From positions 73,968,001 through 74,032,000 of the forward strand of contig CM052817.1 in NCBI GenBank assembly GCA_028534125.1: a stretch of DNA of 64,000 bases, written 5' to 3'. The DNA is from Lama glama (lineage: Eukaryota). Positions 25,201-38,165 of this stretch are shown piece after piece. The notes under the pieces are model-generated. The model was given only the letters and a program-made list of their open reading frames with translations, made no database searches and was not told the DNA's origin. The translations under genes and the position numbers were made by a program. Positions within the stretch are counted from its first letter, which is position 1. The number at the start of each line of letters is the position of its first letter.

Positions 25201-28200
25201 AAATACAGACTTAAAGGAAGAAATTGATGGGAATACAAATAGGGTGTTAGTCTCCTACTCCTACCTCTCATTGGACAGGTCTTGCAGATAGAAAATCAAT
25301 AAGGCAGTGGAGATATACTAAATGACACAATAGAACAGTTAGACTTGCTTGATATTTTTAGGACATTACATCCTCCCAAAACAGAATATACAGTTTTTTC
25401 AAGTGCTCATGGAACATTCTCTAGGATAGACCACGTACTCAGGCACAAAAGAAACCTCAACAAATTTAAGAGGGTAGAAAATTATTCCCAGCATCTTCTC
25501 TAAAAACAATGGCATGAAACTAGAAATCAACCACAGAAAAACAAATGAGAAAAAAATAACTTATTGAGACTACACAATATGCTACTAAAAAACCAGTGGA
25601 TCAATGATGAAATCAAAGAAATTTAAAAAAAATTTAAAAAATGACAAATGACAATGAAAACAAAACCATACAAAATCTATGGGATACAGCAAAAGCAGTC
25701 CTAAGAGGGAAGTTCATAGTGTTACAGGCCTTCCTCAAAAAAGAACAATCTCAAATAAACAACCTAAGCTGCCACCTAAAATAATTAGAAAAAGAAGAAC
25801 AAACAAAACCCGAAGTCAGCAGAAGTAAAGAAATAATAAAGATCAGGAGGAAATAGAGATTAAAAAAGCAATTAAAAAATCAATCAAACCAAGAGCTGGA
25901 TTTTTGAAGGAGTAAACAAAATTGACAAACCTCTGGCCATCAAATGAGAGAGAACACAAATAAACAAAATAAGAAATGAAAGTGGAGAGATTATAAACCA
26001 ACACCACAGAAATACAAAAAAAAATCATAAGAGAATACTATAAATTGGACAAGTTTCTAGAAACATAGAGCCCACCAAAACTGAATCAAGAAGAAACAGA
26101 TCATTTGAACAGACCAATAACTAAAAGTGAAATGGAAGCGGCAATTAAAAACCTCCCTGCAAACAAAAGTCCAGGACCAGATGGCTTCACTGGGGAATTC
26201 TATCAAACATACAAAAATAACTCATACCAATTCTTCTCAAACTCTTCCAAACTATCATTCTATGAAGCCATCATCACCCTGATACCAAAATCAGACAAAG
26301 ACACTACCAAAAAAGAAAGCTATAGGCCATTATCGTTATGAACATAGATGCAAAAATCCTCAACTAAATATTAGCAGACAAAATCCAACAACACATAAAG
26401 AAGATCATACACTATGATCAAGTTGGATTCATCCTAGGGACATAAGGATGGTTCATTATATGCAAATGAATCCACGTGATACACCACATCAATAAGAGAA
26501 AGGACAAAAACCACATGATCATCTCAATAGATGCAGAAAAAGCATTTGATAAAATTCAACACTCATTTATGTTAAAAACTCTTACCAACGTGGGTATAGA
26601 GGGAACATATCTCAACATAATAAAAGCTATATATGACAAACCTACAGCCAGCATAGTACTCAATGGTGAAAAGCTGAAAGCCTTCCCCCTAAAATCTGGA
26701 ACAAGACAAGGATGCCCAATTCTCACCACTTCTATTCAATATAGTATTGGAAGTCCTAGCAACAGCAATCAGACAAAAAATAATAATAATAATAAATAAA
26801 AAGGATCCAAATTAGAAGAGAAGAGGTAAAACTGTCACTTTATGCAGATAGCATGATACTATATATAGAAAACCCTAAAGGTTCCACACAAAAACTAGAG
26901 CTAATAAAAGAATTTGGTAAGGTAGCCGGATACAAGATTAACTTAAAGAAATCAGTGGCATTTCTTTACACTAACAAATATCAGAAAAGGAAAGTAAAGA
27001 AACAATCCCTTTTAAAATTGCATCCAAAAATATAAAATACTTAGGAATAAATCTGACCAAGGAAGTGAAAGACTTATACATGGAGAACTATAATTTGTAT
27101 TAAAGATGACTTAACAAAGTGGAAAGCTATCCCATGTTCCCATGGATTGGAAGAATCAATATTGTTAAAATGGCCATGCTGCCCAAGGCAATCTACAGAT
27201 TTAGTGCAATCTCTATCAAATTACCCAGGACATTTTTTCAAGAATTAGAACAAAGAATCCTAAAATTTATATGGAATCCCAAAGGACCCAGAATTCCCAA
27301 AGCATTACTGAAGAAAAAGAATGAAGCTGGAGGAATAACCCTCCCAGACTTCAGACAATACTATAGAGCTACAGTAATCAAAACAGCACAGTATTGGTAA
27401 CAAAAACTAACATATGGATCAATGGAACAGAATAGAGCCCAGAAATAAATCCACGAACTTTTGTTCAATTAATCTTTGACAAAGAAGGCAAGGACATACA
27501 ATGGAGTAAAGACAGTCTCTTCAGCAAATGGTGTTGGGAAAACTGGACAGGTGCACGTAAATCAATTAAGTTAGAACACACCATACACAAAAATAAACTC
27601 AAAATGGCTTAAAGACAAGACACTATAAACCTCTTGGGAGAAAACATAGGCAAAACATTCTCTGACATAAATCTTAGCAATGTTCTCCTCGGGCAGTCTA
27701 CCCAGGCAATAGAAATAAAAGCAAAAATAAACAAATGGGACCAAATTAAACTTATAAGCTTTTGCACAGCAAAGGAAGCCATAAACAAAACAAAAAGACA
27801 ATCTACAGAAGGGAAGAAAGTATTTGCGAAAGATGAGACTGACAAGGGCTTAATTTCCAGAATATGTACACAGCTCATACAACTTAATAAGAAAAAAACC
27901 ACCAACCCAATCCAAAAATGGGCAGAAGACCTAAACAAACAGTTCTCCAATGAAGACACACAAATGGCCAGTAGTCACAGGAAAAAATGCTCAATATCGC
28001 TAATTATCAGAGAAATGCAAATCAAAACTACAATGAGGAATACCTCACACCAGTCAGAATGGCCATCATTCAAAAGTCCACAAACAATAAATGCTGGGAG
28101 GCTGTGGAGAAAAGGGAACCCTCCTACACTGGTGGTGGGAATGGTTTGGTGCAACCATTATGGAAAACAGTATGGAGATTCCTCAAAAGACTAGAAATAG

Positions 28201-28849
28201 ACTTACCATATGATCCAGCAATCCCACTCCTGGGCATATATCCAGAGGGAACCTTAATTCAAAAAGATACATGCACCCCAGTGTTCACAGAAGCACTATT
28301 TACAATAGCCAAAACATGGAAACAACCTAAATGTCCATCAACAGATGACTGGATAAAGAAGTTGTGGTATATTTACACAATGGAATACTACTCAACCATT
28401 AAAAAGGAATGAAATAATGCCATTTGCAGCAACATCGATGGACCTAGAGACTGTCATTCTAAGTGAGGTAAGCCAGAAAGAAAGAAAAATACCATATGAT
28501 ATCACTTACATGTGGAATCAAAAAAAAAAAAAAAAGACAAACTTATTTATGAAACAGAAACAGACTCACAGATGTAAAAAATGAACTTATGGTTACCAGC
28601 TGGGGAGGGGGTAGGAAGGGGTAAATTGGGAGTTTGAGAGTTGCAAATACTACAATATATGAAACAGATAAACAACAAATTTCTTCTGTATAGCACAGGG
28701 AACTATATTTAATATCTTGTTATGGTTAAAAAGAATATGAAAATTAATATATGTATGTTCCTATATGACTGAAGCATTATGCTATACACCAGAAATTGAC
28801 ACAACATTGTAACCGACTATACTTCAATAAAATATATTAAAAACAAAAA
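22219..28849 (+). mobile_element. Full-length (about 6.6 kb) decayed LINE-1, antisense to CAMK2D, in intron 19
   Basis: GC-rich 5'UTR; ORF1 remnant at about 23560-24415; ORF2 from ATG 24848 (MVINTHLPVITINVNGL; later [14 protein letters not shown] and RT motifs) with many stops and frameshifts; 3'UTR, AATAAA and A tail; degenerate TSD agaaaagaaccaaaga (22203-22218) / agaaatgagccaaaaga (28850-28866). Confidence 0.96.
22230..22240 (+). promoter_or_regulatory. YY1-type motif CAAGATGGCCG at the L1 5' end
   Basis: Motif about 12 nt inside the element, the same position as the YY1 site in mammalian L1 promoters. Confidence 0.75.
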
Positions 28850-28935
28850 AGAAATGAGCCAAAGAATCTGCAAATTTGGGAGAAATTCAAAGAGCAGTTG
28901 GAAAAGGCATGTTACTAAATTTAGAGTAAATGTAC

Positions 28936-29030
28936 CATTTTCAAAGTAGAATCGATGAAAGTCCATCCCTTCCACTAAATTCCCCAAAGCTTCAGGTTCA
29001 AAAGCAGTAAGGCCTGGGTCACAGATTTTT
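28936..29030 (-). CDS. CAMK2D: CAMK2D exon 19 (95 nt, [31 protein letters not shown])
   Basis: ttcttacag|AAAAATCTGTGAC...TTTGAAAATG|gtacat. Confidence 0.98.
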
Positions 29031-29199
29031 CTGTAAGAAAAAAAATAATGAAAATAATAAATGAGTTAATGTATTTTGCTGTTTCTCACATGTCCATTCT
29101 TACTTACCAAGCAGTCAGTGGTGGAAAGAATTTAAAAAAAACAAAACACTAATACAACATTTCTATCACAGGCCTTAGCAACATGGGATGGGGAGCAGA

Positions 29200-29500
29200 C
29201 CTGAACTTATCTACAAAACAGAAACAGACTCGCAGACATAGTAAACATTCTTACGGTTACCGGGGAAAAAGGGATGGGAAGGGATATATTTGGGAGTTTC
29301 AGATTTGCAAATGTCAGCCACTGTATATAAAAATAGATTTTAAAACGTTTCTTCTGTATAGCACAGGGAACTATATTCAATATCTTGTAATAACCTTTAA
29401 TGAAAAAGATTATAAAAACAAATATATACATAATTGGGACACTCATGCTGTACACCAGAAATTGATACATTGAAGCTGACTGTACTTCAATTTAAAAAAA
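29200..29500 (+). mobile_element. LINE-1 3'UTR fragment
   Basis: Homologous to the 3' ends of the L1s ending at 28849 and 44216; ends cttcaatttaaaaaaa. Confidence 0.9.
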
Positions 29501-31285
29501 TAATTTTGAGGAGACCTCAGATAGGGGCAAGATAATAAACCAGCTCCAGCAGATGATAATCTACAATATATTTTAGGAGTTTCCTTTTAAAAATTTCTAC
29601 TTTTTAATTTCCAAGTTGAATTCTCTAGTCATTCCCCAGTTTTTCTAATTCCTCAGTTTTCTGGTGGTTGTAAGTTTATTATTTTTAAAATGCTCTCCAA
29701 GTCGAAGTCACTCTCAAAGCCCTATAAAGTCAACTTTGGCTCTGAAATTAAATACTTCTGGAATAATTTTTGACACCACTACATTCATGTCACACATCTA
29801 CACATGACTGACTTGAAGACAGGTATCACATCCTACACCTTCTGGCAGTGTCTGCAAGATGTAAGTAAACCTCAAACATAAGTTTCATTAACTTTTAAAA
29901 TAAAACTCATGAGGGATTCAAATGCACATTAGTTTTCTTTTCAATCCTAGAAATATGATTCAAGAGATACACCATTTTAAATATTCAGAGAAAGCCAATG
30001 GGCTTTCTTTGGAGAAATTCATTCAACAAAGATTTGTTAAACATTTACTATATAGTAGAGATTCTTTGAAACACCTGTAACACAACAATTAATACTGGAA
30101 AAGCAATAAATACAAAATGCTCAAGAACCAGACTACTTATATGTAGGACAGGAAAGATTTATGAGAGAGAAAATTTGAGCCAGGTTTTCAGGAATGAGTA
30201 GGAGTTTTCCAGGTGTGTGGAAGGCAGGAGGAGGGCAGTGAATACAACAGTAGAGGGTGTTTGGGGAAAGATGTGAGTTGCCTGATGCAAGGACTGGATG
30301 GGCATATAAATCTCATGGAAAAGAGAGGAGAAAATGTATCTTTGGGCCTGTGGTGATCAGGGTAGGCATCTTAGAGGAGGTGACATAAAATCTGGATTTG
30401 AAGAATTAGTGGAAATTCACAAGGTCAGATAAAAGGAGTACATGCTGGAAGATTTTGGATTGCTTATTAATTTGGTGGGGCTACATCTAATTTCATGTGG
30501 AAATTCCCCATTTGGGAGGCAAAACGTTTTCATTGTTCAACAGAAATACAAGTTTCAGAAGGCTCACTCATTATGGTTCTTGAAAGTATGGTTCATAGAA
30601 TGTGGAACTGATGTTTTTTAAGAACACTTTTAAAGTAGAAAATACTTCTAAAATAAAAAATCACAGTAGTTATTCATTGTGGTAAAGAAAGCCTTAGAAA
30701 AGGGTGGGGTGGGAGTGGGTAGGGATTTTAAACTTCCTGGTGGGCATGTATTAAAGCTCAAAGTTAAATATATATAATCGCTTTCTAAGTAGCAAAATGG
30801 GAAGAACGGTGTTCCTATGGTAACAGGAATTTATTCTGCCAGCGGCTAGTACTTCGTCTATAAATACGACTTTTGGTTGTCAACATTGGAGAATCTAAAT
30901 TTATTACTACTTTACATCAGCACCAAAATCATACAAGAATCATTGTACTATGATGAATCATTTTACCTAGCCATCAAGAGTCGATATACTTGAAAACCTG
31001 TTACTGTGTTCTTTCTATGTTTGTATGTAAGTAATGTATGTATGTCTCTCTCTCTCCTATAACAGGCTTTGAATTAATAAAAGATTCACAAAGCTGCCAC
31101 CTGACACGGGGGTGTGAGTGCTCTGAACAGGTGTGCTCAGGGCCAGCTGACAGAGCTGTACCAGTACATTCACCAACCCCAAAAGCTCCCAGATGGAAGG
31201 TCCCCTTGGATTACCCATGGGCCTGAGTGTACAAAATCGAGCCAGATTACAGGCAAAGGAGTTAGTGAGCTGATGTGATTCCTTG

Positions 31286-31377
31286 GAAATGGAGTTTAAA
31301 AGAACACTCTTTGCTGTCAGAGAATTAATCAGCTAAACAGTTGTTAAAGAGTTGTTTAGAATTCTGTGCCATAGGAC
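31286..31377. repeat. Inverted repeat, left arm (92 bp)
   Basis: Reverse complement of 31781-31872 at 91/92 positions. Confidence 0.98.
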
Positions 31378-31518
31378 AAATACCCTATTTTAAATTGAGA
31401 ATATGGGAAATGCTATATTTTACCTCTTTTGCCTGGCTAACAACACCAACAAAACACACTTTCTACCAATCCACAGGGGAATGCTAGTGTGAAAGGAGAT
31501 TTTTTTAAAAAGTGTATT

Positions 31519-31714
31519 ATGATCAAAATTCATCAAAGTGTACATCTGAAATATGTGTTGTTTACTGTACAGGAACCATATCACAATAAAGGTATTAACA
31601 AATAAAAATTAAAAAAAGGAAATAGTTCAAGGTTTTCCTTTTTGGTATTCTTGCTTAATGATTGCAGAATTTTCTAGCAATTAAATTGTTACAGTTTAAC
31701 TATTTAAAAAAATT
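31519..31714 (+). mobile_element. TSD-flanked retro-insert: old L1 3'-end fragment, about 90 bp of unique sequence, and a short A tail
   Basis: Direct repeat aaaagtgtatt at 31508-31518 and 31715-31725; TT/AAAA context on the left; ATTAAA at 31680-31685, 20 nt before the A tract. Confidence 0.6.
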
Positions 31715-31780
31715 AAAAGTGTATTGTTTGAAGAATCATATGGGTCTAACAAAGTTGTATCAGCAAAAAGGATAAAAGAG

Positions 31781-31872
31781 GTCCTATGGCACAGAATTCT
31801 AAACAACTCTTTAACAACTGTTTAACTGATTAATTCTCTGACAGCAAAGAGTGTTCTTTTAAACTCCATTTC
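31781..31872. repeat. Inverted repeat, right arm (92 bp)
   Basis: Reverse complement of 31286-31377 at 91/92 positions. Confidence 0.98.
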
Positions 31873-33765
31873 TTACTATTTCTTTCATTCTAAGTATACT
31901 TTTATTAGGTCATATTAAAGAATTGATACACACAAACACATACATATGTATGTTCCTGTGTTTGCACACACGTTAACTTATAAGAAGCAGTCCTGGATTT
32001 AATTTAGTTCTTACATTCAGTTACTCTCTTCCATATTTTTTAAAATATTTGGTTATCTATTTGTAACTGATGATAAACATAGTATCTTCTTGTTACATAA
32101 AACTTGGAAAGAAGCAGGAAAAAAACCACACAATTTTATCTCCCAGAGGCAACATCTCTTTTTCTTTAAAAAAAACTAGTTTGACATAGCTCATTCCATT
32201 TTTATATTTTCTCCTATGTAGTTGGAATATTTATATCCTTTATCTTCAGTGAACACTCACAAGCATTTTGCCAGATGGCTAGGAACTCTGCATAAACATC
32301 CTTGGTACCAAACACACCACAGGTTAATTAATGTTAATCTGTGGTGTGCTGGTTCCCTAATTAAATAGTATTAGACATATAAAGTTGCTTACAGTTTTTC
32401 ACTGTTTTGAATGTTGTTTCCATAAATATCTTTGTTCATAATTTTTCTCCATTTTTGAGTTTTAAACTCAAAGTCCATGCTCACGTTAAATTTTTAGGGT
32501 TATAGTAATAATCCGAACCTTTATAGACATTTGCTGGTATATAATAACTGTGCCCCAAAGCCTTGCCTCCACCCCTCCCCTGAAAGCTCGCCCCATTTAC
32601 ACTCTGTCAGGTGGTGGAGGAGCCACGTCCTGCCGTGTCTGCAGCACTCCAGTCGTCTGCAGAGCTTTCATCCCTGACTGGATCTGCAGAAAACGCTCCT
32701 CCCCTCAGACCTGCATACCCTGAACTGGTGGGCATGAACATGCTTTCAGTCGTTTACTTGTCATTTATATTCCCTCTTTTCCTAATACTTCATCTCCTTT
32801 ACCTATTTTTCCACTTTTTAATCTTATCTTCTCAATATAAGTGAACTTTTGACAGGTTTCACAAATACTTTCCTGTTTATTCTTTGTCTCTTAGTTTTAT
32901 TTTGGCTTTTAAAAAATTCAAGTGTGTAAGTTTTAGGTAGTCTAATCATTTTACCTTCTCATTTTTAAGTCTTTCCCTGCTTTTAAAGTTAGATCTTTCT
33001 AACCCCAGAGATCAGATTCAATCTCCTTTTTTTTTTGCATTTAACTCCTTCATTTAAGAGGAACTCACGTGTATGGTCTAAGGGGAATGTTGAGAACTGA
33101 TTTTTATCTCCACTCAAACAGCTACCTTGTTGACCCACATCCTTTGTGTGATGTTTCTGTGCCCTATTTATTTGAATGATTTATTTTTATTTGATCAAAG
33201 TGATTGCCTTTATATACCTATGGTCCAGTAGTTTATAAACTTTAACATTAGACCTGTTTCTCTTTAAATAAAATTTTTAGGTTAAGAGACAAACTTATAA
33301 AGAGATGAGGATAAAGCTGAGCTGTGCTGGCTGAAGAGGAAAAGACAGCCGGATGTTGCCTCCTAATCTCTTTCTCTGTCCCGTCACCAGGGCAGAACTG
33401 CGAGGGAAAACATCCCTTAAACCAAAATGCACTTTTTATGTGCTTTCCTGGTCCGTGTGTCTCTCCTCTTATGGACTGCTCTACTTGGAATGCCTCTCTC
33501 ACATGGAGGTGCAGGGGGTTATGCTTTTGCACGTTGACCAAAAAAAACCCCATCCTCCTATCAGAAGTCTTGTTTTCTCTGAAATCTTAAATACATTCAT
33601 TTCTCTCCTATGGCACTTAGGTCATTTGTACCTTGAAATGAAGCTATTGTAGACATACCAAAGCTGGGGTTAGATACACATGAATTCAGGTACACAGAAG
33701 AATGAATTCTTATAGAAAATACCTTGTTATATGTGTGAAAGCAAAAGAAATGTGCCTCTACTCAC

Positions 33766-33841
33766 GTGTAAGCTTCAAAGTCCCCATTGTTGATAGCTTC
33801 GATCAGCTGCTCAGTGACTTTGATAATCTCTTGCTTTCGTG
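33766..33841 (-). CDS. CAMK2D: CAMK2D exon 18 (76 nt, (A)[24 protein letters not shown](T)), start of hub domain
   Basis: cctttag|CACGAAAGCAAG...GCTTACAC|gtgagt; phase continues from exon 17. Confidence 0.98.
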
Positions 33842-33944
33842 CTAAAGGCAAAGACAAAGAATTGGGTGAGAATAAAAGGCAAAAGCTCTATAAAATAATA
33901 GTCTAATACATCCCTTGTGACAGCTTGGTGTTATTCTCACTACA

Positions 33945-34105
33945 ATCTTGCTGCTCAAAGCACACAGATCAACATGAGCTGCCTCTTCTGGGAGCCTGGC
34001 AGAAACACGGATTCTCAGGTCCTACTCCAGACCTACAGATTAAGAATCTGCACTTAACAGGGCACTTAGGTGATGCCTGAGCACGTTCATGTGGGGAAGT
34101 GCCGT
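33945..34105. mobile_element. hAT-Charlie MITE, MER5-like
   Basis: gattctcaggtcctactccagacctacagattaagaatctgcacttaacagg...aggtgatgc. Confidence 0.7.
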
Positions 34106-37100
34106 GACCTTCCCTTTGTTAGAAAACCACAGTCACCCAGAAAGTCAAGGCCATATTTTTAAAAATTAGTTCTTATTACCTTTATCAACATGATTGGGCT
34201 TATGAACATTCTTTTTTTTACCATTAACAAATGTTATTAAAAATGATAATCTTAAAGTATCACTCTACTAATATGTCTATCTTCACAATACAGCTGATAT
34301 CTTGCATTGAGACATTTAACTTCATATAAATGTTGTTGTTTTTTAAACTGTTCAGCTCAGCTAACTACAAAAGCGGATGCCAACACTGTAATTGCCCTCA
34401 TACTTAGGCAAATGGCCTCCGGAAACTGTAGACTGGAAAAGCAACGTAGGAATCAATGCTGTGGATGTAGAGGGAAGCCCTTCCGTGTAGCTGTCAACTC
34501 CAACACCAGATATGATGTGTTTCTACTCCTAGCCCGCAACTGGCAAAATTATTAATAGTTGGCTTAGTTCAAATCCCACCTATTCAGTAAATTCTTTTCT
34601 GATTACAGACACTTCAAGTGTTCCTTCTCTTTCTTGAATGCCTCTCTCGTATCATTCACAGGGTAATTAAGCATATGCTACATACCATGACAACTTCTCT
34701 GGTTCAACTGAATTACTGTTTTAAATTGTTACTGAACTTTGTGTAATCTGTCTTACTAGTTAAATTAAAAGCTCCCTGGAGGTAAATAACATGTCATTTT
34801 TTTTTTGTATCCTTCAAAAAGCTTTATCCAATGTCTTTAATAAAATAGATGCTTGATAAGTCTGTAAATTTGATCAAGTGATACTGATAACCTTTTTAAA
34901 TTTCAGAACACTATTCTCTTAACAATGAAATAAATGTATGAAATTTTAAAAATTAAATTTCATTGGATTTTGTTTTTAGAATGTCATAATACTTGGAAAT
35001 AAATTAGGAGTAATCACAAAATGTTATTTCCATTCTATCTTAGTGGGGCAGTGAGGCTACCTTCATCATAGAAAAAGCTGAGTTCTGGTTTTAGGTTTGT
35101 CATTGATTAAAGGCAACCAGTTGTGTTTTTAATGAAAATGATCTTTCTTACACAGATTCTTAACCACAAACTTAAATGTTTATATTCACTTTCAAAACTC
35201 CAAGTTACCCAGGTTATGATATTCCTTATTTAAAATAAATGACTTCATTAAGACTATATTAGACTACATTTTAAAATATGGTTTGTCCATAAAATGGTTG
35301 CTGACAGTGTCAGGATCGATAATATAAAAAAAAAATTTACCATATAGATGAGATTTCATGTTTAGCTACATGATTTCATCTATATTTGCAAAAAAAACAC
35401 AACATAGGATTTCTTACCTCCTATACACACTGAAAACATTTCTTGCCCATGCTTATTTGATAAATGAATATAATATATCCAACATCAAAATATACTGACA
35501 GCAGTAATGGCAGGGAATAATTCTGTAATGGGGTGAATGCCAATGGCTAATTTAGTTAGGCAGTAAGTGATTCATCTGTGTGTGGCCTCAACAGTATGAA
35601 CATTTGGCAAAAACGCATGACAGCTGACCCAATTCTGGAATATAAAGGATCCACGTGTAGAGGAGCTCAGAAAATGAGATTAGGAAAATGTGACTACCAA
35701 AACCTCCTCCTCGCATTAAGTCCTTGTTTAAAACTAAGAGGTTTCTTAGGATGTTATCTGGCTAAGAGGAAAAAACTCATGTTTAGAAAACGGTGTCAAT
35801 TTTTTTAAAAACAAAAAAGAAGGAAAAGATGAACATAAGATCATTGTCCTCTGGAGAGCTGCATTAGGCGAAGATTCGGTTCACAGTGTGTGAAAAGTGC
35901 AGGGTCACTTTCTGAAGTTTCTGAAAGTCTCTGGACTCCTTCTTAAGCATAATAAGGACTTAGAAACATCAGGTGGCCACGGCTACATCTCACTCATCTC
36001 ATTCTCTGAAGAAGCACTGTGGAAATACTCACTAGCTCTTCAACAGTCTACATCCTCCAACTGGCTTAATTTTTGTCCTGCAAGATCAAAGCGACACACA
36101 TTGCCTTATTAGTTCTTCTGTTTAGAGACAACAGTGCTTGAGCTGGCAGGACAGCAAACAGGCAGTAGCCAGGATGCTTCTGTGCTGCGTCATCATCGAA
36201 ACAACGTGACTCTCTTGGCTCAGGAAGGGCCTGGAACTCAGGAATCTTTAGAGTGCTTGTTCCCCTGGAGCAAAGGAGCTGGAGTGAGTCAGGGCAGCAC
36301 ATGACAGCTGACTCTTCAAAGGAGAGCAGAAGGCTGGAAATGAATCATCTGCAGATATTTCTCTTGTGGTTGGAGCTGCTGCCACAGTGACTGAGAGGGA
36401 AGACAGGGTCTGATGCCAGTGAGGCCTCCTCTCATGAGCAGTGAGGTGGAGGGACGATCCCTGGGCTAGGAGTCCGGCTGCCTATGTTCTGTGGGGAGGG
36501 GCCGCTGCCATCCGGCCTTCCCTCTTCCTGAACGTCAAGTAGTGGCCACTCCAGAGCCAAAGTGGGGAGAGCGTTTGATGTGTCACTAATTATACTTAAG
36601 GTGAGGGAAGAGTGTACCCGTCAGGCGTTCCCTGAATACCAGAAGCTTCTAGTTCACGGCTGGTCATTTAATCACAGGGAACTGATGACTAAGTAGTTTT
36701 ATTTACAGAACTGAGGTCTCAAGCCTATACCCACAGTTCCCCAAGTAGATTCTGAGGACTTCCAGGTTCCCGAGGGAAAGGCAGGAGAGAAAACAAGTTG
36801 GAGGGTAACTCCAGATTCTGAGTGAAGTTACTTCCCTTGCAATTCTGCAAAGAATTGGAAACATGATCATGTTCAAATTCTTATTTTTTTTTGGCTCTTT
36901 TATTGTTCTAAAGAAGCCTGGAAGAGGAAGATAAGAGTATGAATGGTCCCAGTGTTTAAAACAAAAAACCCTGGGAACTGAGAGTGACTGTGCAATAAAA
37001 TAATTGATAGATTTCAACATTTCTCAAGCGTTATCAGATCCGAGTGGCACAAGGATTCTCTGAGATACGAAGACCAATGCTGGTGATCGGAGAAGTGTGG

Positions 37101-37169
37101 GTACAGGCAATGCCCGAAGGCTGAGTGCTCACTACTCCTTTCCTCCATCTCGAAATACTCTCCTTTCAC

Positions 37170-38165
37170 TTCTTGCCAGCTTTTCTTACCAGCTTTCTGA
37201 TCACATGACCTCACTCCCATTTACATGTTATTTTTCTCTACCTGGACTTTAAATTCCTAGAGAGGGCTCGATTCGAGGTCCTCTTATCACGCGCAGTTAT
37301 CCCTATGGTTCTGTCTGTACCGGTTTTAAGTTGCTGTCAATATACCAGTGACTCCCAAACTGTCACCTCCTTTCTAGACCTTTCCTCTAGATTTGCATGT
37401 CACTGCGCGTTTTGGAATCTCCATGTGGATGTTTCATATGCATCCTGAACCCAACAGCCCCTAAACTGAGCATGTGAACTTCTATCTCCTCCTCCAGGGA
37501 CCTCCATCTTGGTGAATGGCTACATCACCCGCCCAGTCGCACAAGCCAGGGAGAAGCCTGAGACTCATTTTCAACTCCCTCATCCCACCCAACCCAATCC
37601 AATCTTCCCAGTTCTGTTGAGTTTGCCTTTTAAATGCCTCACCCATTAGTCTACTTCTTTTCTCATCACCATCACTCTGATACACAGGCACCCATCATTT
37701 CTTGTCCAGAACAAGCATCTGAGGAGGGACTATATGAAACCAGTATAATCTTAACCAGACTCGCTTAAAGGCTGTTTTACTTTATCCACCACACCCCACC
37801 CATGTTTCTTCCCTCAGCAATTCAAAATGACTGAGCTTCCTCCAATGGCCAACTTTTCCCATGGCCATCCTCTCTTCTTAAAAAAGTGTCCCCTATCTTT
37901 GCCTCCATTTCTTTATCAGATTTCAACTCAACTTTTATTTCTCACAATAGCCTAGTCAGACTCTCATTTTAGGAGAGGTCCCTGTGTTAGAAGTTCACGT
38001 CTCCTACACCTGCTGTTCAAAAGCACTTGGTACACTTATATTTACACACTTGTTTGTGTGTATTTGATCAGTTTTCTCTATTATTTTGTAAACTCTCACC
38101 ATCACAACCCACATCTAGCATAGTACAGGACACAGAGTAAATGTCCCATAAATATATGAATGAAT
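37170..38165 (+). mobile_element. L2 LINE fragments
   Basis: atctccatgtggatgtttcatatgcatc...caagccagggagaagcctgagactcatt; ends ...ataaatatatgaatgaat. Confidence 0.65.

Noticed and set aside
24764..28412. Series of endonuclease- and reverse-transcriptase-like ORFs as a possible novel RT system
   Set aside because: They are ordinary fragments of a frameshifted LINE-1 ORF2; the same applies to the ORFs at 2-5 kb, 12-13 kb and 42-43 kb
31286..31872. Inverted repeat interpreted as the TIRs of a DNA transposon
   Set aside because: No TA or 8-bp TSD and no CAG-type termini; near-perfect identity does not fit the age of the MER2/MER5/MER8 elements in this window; kept as an unexplained finding instead
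33470..33495. atggactgctctacttggaatg resembling the end of exon 19, as a possible duplicated or mutually exclusive exon
   Set aside because: It is on the wrong strand relative to the gene, short and gapped; likely chance
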